Assembly (NCBI GenBank): GCA_002269645.1
Contig: NIVC01003906.1
Span: 1-64,000, forward strand
Direction: 5' to 3'
DNA: 64,000 nucleotides
Source of the DNA: Macrostomum lignano
Taxonomy: Eukaryota
The translations under genes were made by a program, and so were the position numbers. The notes under the pieces were generated by a model. That model searched no databases and was not told where the DNA came from. It worked only from the letters and a program-made list of their open reading frames with translations. Positions 25,491 through 38,574 of the stretch are shown in pieces (the stretch's first letter is position 1; every line of letters starts with the position of its first letter).

Positions 25491-26413
25491 TTGTTCTTTC
25501 CGTCTTTTTGAGAACTTTCTTTTAGGAAGCAAATTGGCTGGTATACACAACCAGACAGGCAAAAGGGAAGCAAGCTTCTTGGCGGGAGATATTTGCAACG
25601 CGCAACGCAGTCTGGGTACCGCTGCTGAGGAGAGCGACAACTTAAAAGCGCGACTGAGTGGGGGGGTGGAGGAGAGAGAGGAAGGCAGGGCCTCCGGGAA
25701 GCAAACAGGGCTTTGTGAGAGAGGAGGAAAAAAAGAGAAAAAAGCCCGACGGAATTGAGGGGGCAGACAGGGCCTTTTTTCTAGTTAAGGCAGGCAGGCA
25801 AGGCTTTATTCCGCGGATCGCGGGCGGGCGCGCTAAACTCGGGCCGGGCCGTCCGTCTTCTCTTCTTTCTGCTTGGTGGCGGGCCGCGTCGGTGCCTCCC
25901 TGCGCATAAATAGGGGCCCACCGCCACCCCCCACAGCCCCAAGCCTAAGAGAATGAGGGGTCGGAACTGGAAGCGAAGAACTGGGGGGGGGGCGGGTGAC
26001 GCGCTCACTCGGTCCAAGATCGCCCCCGCCGCTCTCCAGTCCGGCCGCCAACCCCGCCTCCCCAAACCAAAGCGGCCTCAGCCAGTGAAACGAGAGGAGA
26101 GCCCGCCGCCGCGCCGGGCCGCTCTCCAGAGCCTGTTTCGCGGGCCTTTGCCACCTTCCCACTCACCCCCCACACGCAGCAGACTAAGGCCAAGGCCCGG
26201 TCCGCTTTTGCCCGGGGGCGGCGGAGGAGTGGGGCAGGGGTTGGGCCGCGGGTTTATGGCCCTGGGGCGCGCTGGGCCGTGCCGCTGACGCGGTCTTGGC
26301 TTCTATGCTTCGCTTCGCCTCCTCTCCTAGTTCTCCCGCGCTCCTGGGGCCGTGGGGCCGCCCCGCCGCCTGCAGCCCTTCAAGGCCAAAGCCGAAAAAA
26401 ACTGGAAGAGAGC

Positions 26414-29400
26414 CCATAGTGCAGAAGGACGGGTGTACGACGGAAATTTCCGTCGTACATTGAGGTTGGTTGTCGTACATGTCGTACATCGTTCATTTTT
26501 GCAAGGGCTCTTTGTCGTACATGTCGTACCGTCGTTGGCCACACTGTCACTGTCGTACATCTCTGACTAGAAAGCTATATGCATAGGCATTTAAAAATAC
26601 AATTTCGTTTTCATAATTAAATTAAATTTATTCAAAGTTCTTTTTACGAGGCACAAATAAAATATAATCTTGGCATACTTAATAATAATTTTTTATTATG
26701 TGGCACCAAATTTCACATTTTTATATTCAAGGCCACACAAATGTGCATCCGTTGTTTTAATCTTAACCTTGTTTATTTCTTTTTTGAAATGCGTATCGTT
26801 GTATCGTGTTACTGGGAATTGAATTGTGAATGTGAATTAATTCATAATCATCTGATCTTGTAATTCTCGTCCTCCGGTCAGTCTCGTCTCTCGTGATCGT
26901 GATGTGATCTAAGATAAGATCTGATCTGACTAATGTCTTTTGTCTTATCCCTTATAACTTTTACTTTTCTATAATCTATGGCTATGCACTCTGCACTGCA
27001 CTAGCACTATATACTATACTACAAGCTACAACTAAAAGTAACTTTTAAGTTTTCTTAATTTGTTGCAAAACTTAAACTAGCAATTTGTAATTTTTCAACT
27101 TTGACAAGTAAATTTATTAGTAGTTAGTACGAGTAACAAGTTGAGTAATTAATTAAGTTGAGACTGTTGAGTTGAGTTGCATGTTGCATTGTTGCAGTTG
27201 ACTCATTGACTTTGACTGTTGACAAATGACAAGGTCAACTGTCAAGTGACACTTGTGACAGTTTGTTGTTTGAGACTTTGAGTTAGTGAAAGTGACTAGT
27301 GACTGACTGACTGGTCTGTCTGACTGACTGACTCGTGTCTCGTGTCTGTGTCTGTCTGGACATCTGGTGATTCTTTCAAGTTTATTTTTTAAACATTTTA
27401 TCACTTTTACCTTCATAAATTAGTTCTAGAACTTCTAGTGTTCTGTTCTAATTCTAGTTCTTAACTTAACTTCTTGTTCTTAATCTTAGTTGCAAGTTTT
27501 TATTTTAAAAGTTCAAGTTGTCAGTTGTGTAATTTCACAATTTCAGTAATTGAGTTGACATTAGACAAGTTTATAAAATTATCTTATCACTTTCTTTTAA
27601 TAATTAGTAATTAATTAATTAAATGCATTTTTTATTTGTCAAATTTGACTTTACTTGACAAGTTGAAGTTGACAGTTGAGTACTTGAGTATTGAGTAAAG
27701 ACATAGTAATTAAGTTGACAGCTATGGCTTATTGCTTGGCTTGAAACCAACAAATATTTCTTACGAAATAACAAGTAGAAGTAGCTAATAGCCATCTAGC
27801 CAAGAGACACCAAGTTTTGCTTCGTTTCATGAAAGAAAAGAAGTGAATATATATAAATTAGGGCCTACTGCAAGTCTGCAACTAATTTGAGACAAAACTT
27901 CAGGTGCTTGGCAGCAACTTTAGCAAATACAACTTCCAAGTTGACTTGACATTGACAAGTGTATAAATTTATCTTATTACCTTTACTTTTAGTCTTTTAG
28001 TAATTCTAAATTCATAGCAAATTTTGCTATTGTATTGTATTGTAAGTTGACTAGATTGAGTAATTGAGTTGTATAAAATTATGCAATTGATTATATTTGG
28101 TAGAGTTGAGTAGAACATTTGGTAGAGCTAGATTGTAGAATGGTACAGTATAGTATATGAAATTATTTTATAAAAAAAACAAAATATATTGAAATGTGCA
28201 TTAATTATATCCTATTACTAAATGTCTAATCTTTATTTCCTAAATTTCTATAAGTATAATTATAATTATTTATTTAATTTTTGTAAACAAAACCATATTT
28301 TTATTCAACTGATAACTAGTTTGGTTTATGCTTACTTATTGATTAGATTTGGTCATAACTAATAATACTAAATTAAATGCTGATTGCCAAAAAAATTAAC
28401 TTGTCTTTCAGCTAAATTCAGCTATTCAGCATTTGCTTTTTGATTTATTGTGCCAAAATTAATCTCTATAATGTCTCGTAGCAGTAGCACATCAAGTTCT
28501 GGCTCTGAAGAAAATCAGTCTGAGACAGAGACACCACTAGCTGCAGCTTTGCAAGCTAGTATCCAGGACCAGGCTGACCAGGCAGAGCCAGAGGCAGTAG
28601 TAGAGAAGGCGAAGGCTGCTGAGTGTGCTTGGGCCCATATGCCAATCATGCAACAGGCACAGCGGCAACGCCAACAGCAACAGGCTAATGTGCAAGTACA
28701 AGCAAAATCAAAGCGTCCACTGAGTTTGTCTCATGCAGCGTCTTCATCTGCACAAACTGAAGAGCCACCAACTAAGAAGCCTCGCGGAACTGTGTGTGAC
28801 CCACATTACTGTGTGGATTGCCTTCAGCGAGGGCTTCCACTGTCCAACTGCCGCATTTATCGAAACAATGGTAGTAGCAGAAAAACTCATCGGAGTCGCT
28901 GGCACAAAGAAGACCCAGCCAATAAGATTTTAACATATTGCAGACCTGACCATGCTGATGTTCGCGACCTAATTGCTGCCAGGCCTGCCAATGAGAATGA
29001 GAAGCAGGTAAAAAAACGCATCACAAAGGCCATGGTCAGCCATGAGGTGCTGGAGGTTGAAAGTGCCAGTGATGAAGAGTCACCTGAACGTCCTGAAGTT
29101 CCAATGACCACTGAGCCTGAGGCAGAGCAGCAGCAGTCTGAGGGACCAAAGACAAATCTGGTAGTAAACATTGAAGTACTGGAATCATCCGCCGTTGACC
29201 AAAGATCCAGCTCATTTGTTAGGCAGCTTGCTGATGCTTCACCTATCCTTCCCAGTCCTGCTGAGGCTGCATCTACAGCATCATCAAGCACGTCAGGTCG
29301 GGATCTTTTGGCAATTGTCACTGGGCTGGAAATTAAAATGGCGGAGGCAGCCCGACAACTTGCCCTACTTCCGATTATACTAAATGTTGTTCGGGACTTG

Positions 29401-32400
29401 GCGCTGTCACAGGCTACCTCCAGCTCAAACTCTCGGGGACAAAACTTACCAAAAGTGCCGCCAATTGTGGCTAGCAACATGGCCGAGCTCCTGGAGAACG
29501 AGATGCTCGCCACAGCACCTTGCGGTGAGGACACAATTTTATACTGTGTCCCGTGCTACAACGTTTTAATGGAAGGCACGGCCTTCTCGCCAAAGTTGAC
29601 TGTTGCGGAGAGGCACAGCACTTTGTAAGTCCATTGTATGTACTTTTATCTAACAGGCAATAAGACAATCCAGTTGGCCTTTTCCATTTATTTATTATAA
29701 ACTTTCATTTCTCTAACTTCTTATAGAAACCCCAAGTCGATGGGCACGCTTGCACGAGGGCAGCTCATTACAAAGCTGGAAATGACTGAGATCCTTGCGT
29801 GTGGCGAGGCATTCTCCCGGCTTCGTTATAGGATAGTGAAACATCTCTCTGGTATCGAGGCTGTCGGCCATGTGAAAGCTATGAAGAAGTATGCGGACCG
29901 CAAGATTGAAGAGAAGCGCGTCTCAGGAACTGTTCGGCGCCTTTTGCGTTGCTCTGTTGCCAATATCGAATCAGCGTCAGCTAGTAAGCACTATGAGACG
30001 TTCGTGAGCATGCTTTATCGGTCGGACGCTGAAGTTGGCCAGCGGGGCCACGGCCGGTATGTACCATATTATGTGGTTTGTATCTGTATGCCATTAGCTA
30101 AGCTATGGTTATTTTGTACGCTATTTGTTAATTTACCACCCACTATGCATCCAACTAGGGAGTTTAACAAGGAGTTGTGGTCGTTGTTTGAGGTCACCGC
30201 TGACAAGTATACGGCTGAGTTCCTGCAGACCCCACTGCCGTCCACCGGATGTCCTCCCTGCTACGCCATTGCTTGCGACAAAAGCACACCAGGTCGCATC
30301 ACTAACCAAGCTGTTATGGTGTTGGCCAGGTAAGTAGGGAGGAAGAAGGAAAAGTAATGTACATTAGGAGTATCCGCCACTTAAATATTACTTTTACTAC
30401 CTCCTTAAAACGGATAACCCCTAACAGGTGCGAGACTGGTGACGCCGTTGCTATCCCAGGTGGCGCCCCGGCCGTTTATTCCAAAGAGATGGACGGCAGC
30501 GGCCCCGTTCTGGTGCAGCGGCTTTTTCAAGGTCTGGCGAACTTTGATTTGCCCATTGATCGTCTTGTGGGCGTCATTGCCGACGGGCAATATCAAACTG
30601 CGCCTTTTAAAACGGCAATATTTGAGAAGCTGAAGGAGGCCGGAGCCGACTATGAGATCCCAATTAACTGGGACCCGGCCCACTTTATAAACCTGGCCGT
30701 GACTAACGTGCGCGATAGTGACGACGGAGAGGCGTTGCAGGATTTTATTGACAGGGCAAACCTGTTTCCGCATCTTTTTGGCCACGGGCGTGGCCGTTCG
30801 GCTTTGGAAGTAAGTATGCAACCTGAATGTCTAACTGAATAGTTTACCGAGGGTTTTAGATATACGTTTGCTATAAAACTACTCCAAATTCTTTGTTTGT
30901 AAAAAAACAGATTGCTTCCGAGGACCATGCCGGAGCAATTTCATCATTTGCCTCGCAGCGCTTTACCAGTTCAGCCATGAACCAATGGCAGACCATCTTT
31001 CGCTGCTACGGCGATCTGCATGCCGCATTTCGAGCCGAGAAACCACGAGTCAGAGATAACGACCCACAGCCGTACATAATGTTCGGATTTGATTTTGTGT
31101 GCGACTTGTTGGGCTACCTGGATCTCTTTGCGCCAATCAAGTAAGTTGATTTATATGCCTTGTGGGTAGTAAAATTACTATGGGATCAACTTTTTGATTA
31201 CCTACTTACTCCAAACACATAACACTTGCACAGAGCTCTTATGGAGATTGCGCAGAATCTTCAGCTGCCCCACTGGAAAGTGTCTACCTTATGGCCATTG
31301 GTAGCTGAGTTCCTCCATGTCCATGCAGAGCAGTTTCGTAGTGAGGACTACCCCACGCTGCATGAGCACATCGACAATCTGCACGTTGGTGGCACATTTG
31401 ATGGCGTGACTCTGCTGGACGGCTGGCTCAAAGTAAAAAAGCCGGTTGCTGGCTCTGCCTCTGACCAGGATCAGTGGCGCGCTCGAGACATGGAGGTAAG
31501 CTTGTGCAATCATTATATTATGTACTCTGCCAAAGTTACCATATTCTCCTTTGTGCTTCATTATTCAGCTCCATCCTTCTTCCTCCTTCCTCAGGACATT
31601 GCACGTGATACACAGAAGCTTGCCGGGGCACTTCACCGCAGCTTCGTTGCTCGCATTCAACGCTGCTGCGACCCGAGCACCTCTGATTGTGCCTCCTTCG
31701 ATGCAGCTGCCATCATCCGTGCCATTGCATGCAGGGACCCTGAAGTTGCAGCAGAAGAGTTTGCAGACCAGTGCGCTCCCGCCTTTAAGCGGCTTGTGAC
31801 CGAGGCAGTCAAGCATAAGCACCTGGCTCATCTGAAAGTTCCCATGGCCCGAAGGTGAGCTCCTTCACAATCAAAACTATAAATGCACTGGTACTATAAC
31901 TAGTGTGAGGCTGGAAATCACATATTTCAAGACCACTTTGCTACAGAAAAATGTAACGAAATCGAATTGTATTTAATTTTATTTTTTGTCCACTAAACTT
32001 AGGTATGCTGCGAACTTTGTGGACACTATACGCCACGTCATTTTCACGGGTGAAGGCCGCAGTAGCTGGCTGGTGCCTTCCATCAACGGGCCACTGACGG
32101 ATTTAAAAGTAGCAGCACCCACTTTGGCACGTCAGTTATTGCTGCATCTATCGGGTTCGACAGCAGGTGGTGAATTTTCATCTGTTGTGGTGGACGAAGC
32201 AGCAGTTTATGCGTCTTTCTATGCCGACCCAGACGTTTTCCAGCGAGCCGGCCCTGCAACATGTGCACTACTTGATTTTGCACTACACCGAGGTGGCACT
32301 GGTGAGTTGCAAATTCCAGTTGCTATCTACAAATTAACTAATGTCACCTTGGGCAAGTCAGTCAGATTTGATCAGAATTTCATCTACATATTTTTCCGCC

Positions 32401-32982
32401 TTTTTCTTCCAGAAGCGATTGTCGAGAGCTTCTACTCGACTATGCGGTCGCAACAGCAACAGGGAGGCCAAACCAACGACACCCTTCAGCTTCGCGCTAA
32501 GTTAGCTTGGTTGCTACCACCCATGGGCGGCGATGCATGCGAAGAATTTCTCGACGACTCTGCGAAACTTTTTTTTAAAGGCGACAAAAGCCGTGGGATT
32601 CGTCCACATTGGAGTCCGTTTTTTGCTGCCAAAACTAAGGACGCCATCGGCAAGGTGCTGCAGAGGCGCGCAGCAGCTGTTTCCCGTGTGCCATTCATCG
32701 GCCGTCGGAAGCAGAAGCCCAAAGACGGCGACAATAATGCCAATTGATAAATTCATTTAATTGAATCATTCATAATTAATATTACTTCAATTACTTGTAA
32801 ACTTGTTATTACCACTTACAACTTATTATTACTCTTTGTCTGGGTCGGGAGTATGTGGGTTTCTGCATTGTAGTTTGTCGTACAAAAAAAAATTACTTAG
32901 TTCACTTGTGTCGTACTGTCGTACAGCAGGCTAAAACTGAAATTTGCCTTCCGTCGTACACAGAAATCCTTCTGCACCATGG
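26414..32982 (+). mobile_element. Complete autonomous hAT-like DNA transposon, 6,569 bp
   Basis: TIRs CCATAGTGCAGAAGGA (26414) and TCCTTCTGCACCATGG (ending 32982) match at 15/16, plus an inner 13-bp match GTGTACGACGGAA. Perfect 8-bp TSD AAGAGAGC at 26406-26413 and 32983-32990. Eleven subterminal GTCGTAC motifs. Confidence 0.92.
28471..32747 (+). CDS. hAT-like DDE transposase, 9 exons: 28471..29624,29727..30056,30159..30329,30428..30809,30911..31140,31234..31495,31595..31854,32003..32301,32413..32747; 1140 aa
   Basis: Eight GT-AG introns, all in phase (3423 nt, no internal stop). C2H2-like finger CVDC..HRSRWH; TTF-like CVPC..KHLSGIEAVGH; catalytic candidates YAIACDKST, VIADGQY and GTEAIVESFYS; WDPAHFINLA; FASQRF. 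Confidence 0.87.
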
Positions 32983-34464
32983 AAGAGAGCGCGCTCAGCG
33001 TCACCGCCAGCCAGAGCCAGACAGAATGCTCCGGAAGAGAGTTCTCTTTCAAATCCCGCCCCAATGCGAAATAAGTCAAACAGGGATGGCAGCCTTGGAA
33101 GACAAAATAGACTTCTGATGATTGCCAAAAAATTAATTAGCTCCCCAGATTTCCTACTGATAAAAGTGGCACAGACCGACGAGTCATTGACAGGTTGAAA
33201 TCCCCGGGATTTTTCCGGGGATCGAATTCTCTTAAACTGGACTCTCCACAAGACGCCGCTTACTCTACAGTTCTCGCGGCACCACCCCTGCAACCGAAAG
33301 AGGGACCTCCGTCGATGCTCGATGCAGCCGGTCAGTCATCCACCCGAAACCCCTCTGTCTCTCTCACTCACTGCGCCAGACACTCGTTCGCCCTAATGAA
33401 TTCTCCACTGCGCCGGCTCCTATCCTCGTGCGTCAGCCCCCGCCTTGCCCGCGTTGCCTGTCTCTCGGTTGCCCTTGCCTGCCCGCCTCTCCCACCTCTT
33501 CTTTGCTCTTTCTCTTCAGTGTCGCGGCTGCTGCGGCCGCTGGCCTCGCCTGCCTAGACGCGCGCTCAACCCGGTTCTTCCTTCCTCTTCCTCTCTCTTT
33601 CTCTTTCTCTCAGCCGGCAGGCGGCCCAGCCATCGAGGGGGGGGGGAAGTTGAGCTGAGTAGCCCGAGAGCCTATATAGGTATAAGGTGGATAGGCGGGC
33701 CGTCCCCCGCCCCACCTTTTCCTCTCTTTTTTCTTGCCAGCCATGAGCCTCAAATCCGCCGATGCGAGTCGCCGGCCAGGCCGCCCCCCCCCCTGGGGTC
33801 TATTCATCTTTTCCCCTATATATCTATCTATATTGCTCATCCCTTATACCTGTATAGATTCCTCATTTTTTTCCACATCCTGCCAGCAGGAGCAGAATCT
33901 GAGCTGAGCCTATAGCTATAGCTAGTCCCTAGTCCGCGCCACTTCCCTGTTTCCTCACCCCTCTATCCTTCCCCTTCCCCTCGTCGATTCTTGATCCCCA
34001 TTTTCCCAACCGCGAGCGCGCGGGTGCGAACGGAGCGCTCACGGGGATCAAGAGGCGAGGCGAGCAATCGTTCCTATAGAAAAGTTGCAAATCTCCCATC
34101 CTAGTCCTCTACCTGCCGCCTTCCACCCACCTAATCATTCGAACACTCTGCATCCTGTTCTGCTTCTGCTCCGTTTATAAGGAATTGGGAAAGTAAATAA
34201 GGCTTCATTGCAGCAATGGCTATTTGGTTATGCGTGTCTCTACTCCATATGCGTTATGGAGATCTCTCACTTAGATCTCTGAGATGAGACTAGCTTAGCT
34301 AATCGAAAGAGGATTCCATTTCGTCAAACATGTGGCATGAAGACCCGGAAACTGACTGACTGGCTGTCTGCTTTTCTTTTATGTCTGTTTGTCCTGACAG
34401 ACAGTCAATTGCAGCTCATCTGTGGCTGGGTGTCGCTTCTCAATTTTCAAGGTCAGACATCAAA

Positions 34465-34640
34465 ATTGGGCGCCACTTTGAAGACTGAGCGTCATTTTGA
34501 TGCTTTCGGGTCATTTTGAAGAATAAGCGCCACTTTGATGCTGGAGCGAGCGCCATTTTGAAGAATGAGCGCCACTTCGATGATGGCGAACGTGCATAAT
34601 GTCACTTGGATGATTGAGCGCCAAAATCGACACAGTGGCG
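34465..34640. repeat. Degenerate GCGCCA(C/T)TTTGA repeat, same family as 51975-52815
   Basis: GGCGCCACTTTGAAGAC is shared exactly with the start of the array near 51980. Confidence 0.75.
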
Positions 34641-35442
34641 CAACTTTACTATACTGATTGGGCGCCCAGATTGGAGCCTAAAGTGGGGTGCCCGATAGAC
34701 CAAAGGCAAACCCCCTCGGGCCATCACGGCCCCAACACATGGCATCCAAAGTTCCCAACCTAACTAACTAAGCTGCTCCGCCTTAATTTCGGGTTTGTTG
34801 AATGGCAGCGGGGGCGGTCAGGAGAGAGGAGTGGCGGAGAAGAGGAGGGGAGGGGAAAGAGCGAGAGAGCGAGGGCGCGCGCAAGTGGCGCTTAGATTGC
34901 GCTGCTGGGCCTAGGGGAGTTGAGGGGAAGAGACTGCTTCTTCATGATGGCTGCTATGGGAAATGGCCACATGCGTGTGGGGCCCCCAGTTGGGCCGGGT
35001 CTGCCTCCCTTCTTCTTCCGTTCCTCGCAGTTTTAGGGGGTTAAGTAAGTCCCATCATACTCAACTCCGTTTAGTCCTGGCCTTGGGCGCAGCTGCATAT
35101 GAGCGCTCCTTCTTCAGTGCTTTTCCGGCCCAGTGACTGCCGCTGCGAGGGGTGAGATGGGGGGTGGGGGTTGGGTTCGGACTGCAGGGTTGGGGAGGAA
35201 GAGGAGGCGCTGTGGTGGGAGAATTAGCGCGCGCCCGCGCCCGCAGAAAGACTCCCGAGTTGTGACGGGAGCAGGTTGGGTCTGGGTGATTGAGAGAGAC
35301 TGGCTCGCTCACTGCTGTGTTGACTCTTGGCTGTCATCTTAGACGCGCGCACCTCCTGCTCGTCAGACTGGACAGACTCTGGCTCATTCATTTTTCTCAT
35401 TTCATTCTCCATGCCGTTGCTTAGTTAGCATTCGAGGGGCCG

Positions 35443-35815
35443 GAATGAGTGTTTAGGAGAGATGGAATGAGTTGTTTAGGAGAGATGGAATAAGTGTTTG
35501 GGAGAGATGGAATGAGTGTTTGGGAGAGCTGGAATGAGTGTTTAGGAGAGGTGGAATGAGTGTTTGAGTGAGCTGGAATGAGTGTTTGGGAGAGCTGGAA
35601 TGAGTGTTTAGGAGAGGTGGAATGAGTGTTTGAGTGAGCTGGAATGAGTGTTTAGGAGAGTTGGAATGAGTGTTTGAGTGAGCTGGAATGAGTGTTTAGG
35701 AGAGTTGGAATGAGTGTTTGGGTGAGCTGGAATGAGTGTTAGGAGAGTTGGAATGAGTGTTTGGGTGAGCTGGAATGAGTGTTTAGGAGAGTTGGAATGA
35801 GTGTTTGAGTGAGCT
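35443..35815. repeat. 22-bp minisatellite
   Basis: Unit GGAATGAGTGTTTAGGAGAGNT. Confidence 0.95.
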
Positions 35816-36574
35816 GTAGTAAATTTTCTCAGTTGGAAAAAGTCAAGAAATTCTTATCTAAAAATGTTTACGAGACTCGTATATTGTTCAAACTGATTGA
35901 AAAACTTGCAAAAACCCGGACGCTCAAAAATTGACTTGTTGAATTTGAGCTCATTTTATTACGAGTATTGCATTGCGGATTAGCACTCGGACATTGTGCG
36001 TCTCGCAACTGCCACCTTCGACCATCTCCCCTCAAAACCCCTGGAGGGTCCTGTCAGTCTGAACACCCCCCGCGCGGCCACTTGAAAGCGTGAAGAGGAG
36101 GATCTGGTCAAAGCGCGCGATGTAACACAACGATGGTGATGACTCAACGAGAGAGAAAGAGAGAGAGAAAGCGAGCGAATTTCCCGCTGGCGAGGGCGGC
36201 CACTCGTCACCTGCATCGGGTTTGGCTTGTCTCGCGCGGTCCTGACATGCCAAGACCAGCTGGGCAGTCGTGCTGGGGGGGGGCTTGCCCTTAAACCTCT
36301 ATCTAAGCCTGAGGCTTATCCACTCAGTTTATTTTGCTTTCATTCATACTTATTATATACAGACAGTATGGGCGCAAAATGGGTGCCCAAGTTGGCTGTT
36401 GAAGTGAACTGAAAGCGAAAGGTATCATTAACTGGCTCCGGTTGCGTTTAAAACAGATCGATCGCTTTCTTTCGGACAGGGTACATCGTATTATTCAGGC
36501 AGGTTTGCTAACTCGGCGCCTTCCATAAATAACATTTGGCAACCGTGCACTAATCAGTAGCGCTCTCGATAATA

Positions 36575-37187
36575 ACCTTAGGCGCCATTGATAACTCGTA
36601 GCAATATTCGGTGCCATTAATAATATTCGGCGCCATTGATAATAACGTTCGGCGCATTTATAACAACATTCGGCGCCATTGATAATAAAATTCGGTGCCA
36701 TTCATAATAACATTCGGCGCGATTAGATATTCGGCGCCATAAATAGTATTCAGCGCCATTGATAATAACATTCGGCGCCATTGATAATAACTTGAGGCGC
36801 CATTGATAACAACCAGAGGCGCCATTGATAACAACCAGAGGCGCCATTGATAACAACCTGAGGCGCCATTGATAACAATCTGAGGCGCCATTGATAATAA
36901 CCTGAGGCGCCATTGATAACAACCTGAGGCGCCATTGATAACAACCTGAGGCGCCATTGATAACAACCTGAGGCGCCATTGATAACAACCTGAGGCGCCA
37001 TTGATAACAACCTGAGGCGCCATTGATAACAACCTGAGGCGCCATTGATAACAACCTGAGGCGCCATTGATAACAACCTGAGGCGCCATTGATAACAACC
37101 TGAGGCGCCATTGATAACAACCTGAGGCGCCATTGATAATAACCTGAGGCGCCATTGATAACAACTTGAGGCGCCATTGATAACAAC
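36575..37187. repeat. 22-bp minisatellite
   Basis: Unit GCGCCATTGATAACAACCTGAG. Confidence 0.95.
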
Positions 37188-37479
37188 CACTCAGTACTCT
37201 GCAGCTATCATACTGGTAACTTGAGCTCTGATCTTAAGCGAGCTTATCTCACTAGCAAATCAAACGATTTTTGAAAAGTTTCTTCTAGCTAGACTACTCG
37301 TAGGAATGCCATTTTTCCCCATTCACCCGTTTGGGACTTGGCCCCCGGAATCCGCCCCATTTAGTTCTCAAACCCCGGGTTTTTCCCGTCGCTGGGTTTT
37401 GACCACCGGAATTCATTCCCACTGGGTCTTGACCACTGGAATCTGCCTCTGAAAAGTCTGACATGACAGGAAAGAGATA

Positions 37480-37875
<396 letters not shown>

Positions 37876-38503
37876 GGACAAAGCTTCAATTGGCTTCGAT
37901 GGGGGCGCATAGCAAAGGAGAATGAGCTGGAGGAGAAGAAAGACGAGGGGAAAAAGAGCGAACGAAGGGTTGAAGTTGAGACTGGAAGCGGGCAGGCTCA
38001 GAGATTAGCCTCAAGTATTTGGGGTTGATTTCGGGTGTCCCAGGGGTGCCGTCCGTTATCCCCAAGCCGGACCACACCGCCTTTTGCCCCCGCCCTGGGT
38101 CCATCAGCGCAACTAAGCAACCATGCACCTACCTAACCTTCCCACCCAATTCCGCTCCCCGATTTCTTCCCCAGTTCCCCAATCTCTTTCTCCGCTATCT
38201 GCCTTTCCTTCTTGTCATAACGTGTGTCGGACACGTTACAGCAGTCGCGCGCTTTCAGTCCAGTCTCCGAGTCGAGCGCGAGTTCCGTCATCATCATCTC
38301 TTTCAAATCCCTTCCTCGTTTTCTGTCCTGTCATTTATGTTTTGATTGCGCCCCAAGTCTTTATTTTTTAATGTCCCCATCTCCTCCCCTCTCAAGTTCA
38401 CAGAAATTAGAAAGCCGAAAGCAGAAAGAAGAAGAAAGCGGCGGCCTCACAAAGCAGTAACAGGCGCTGCAGCAGCAGCAGCGGAGGTGACGCGAAGCGC
38501 AAT

Positions 38504-38574
<71 letters not shown>

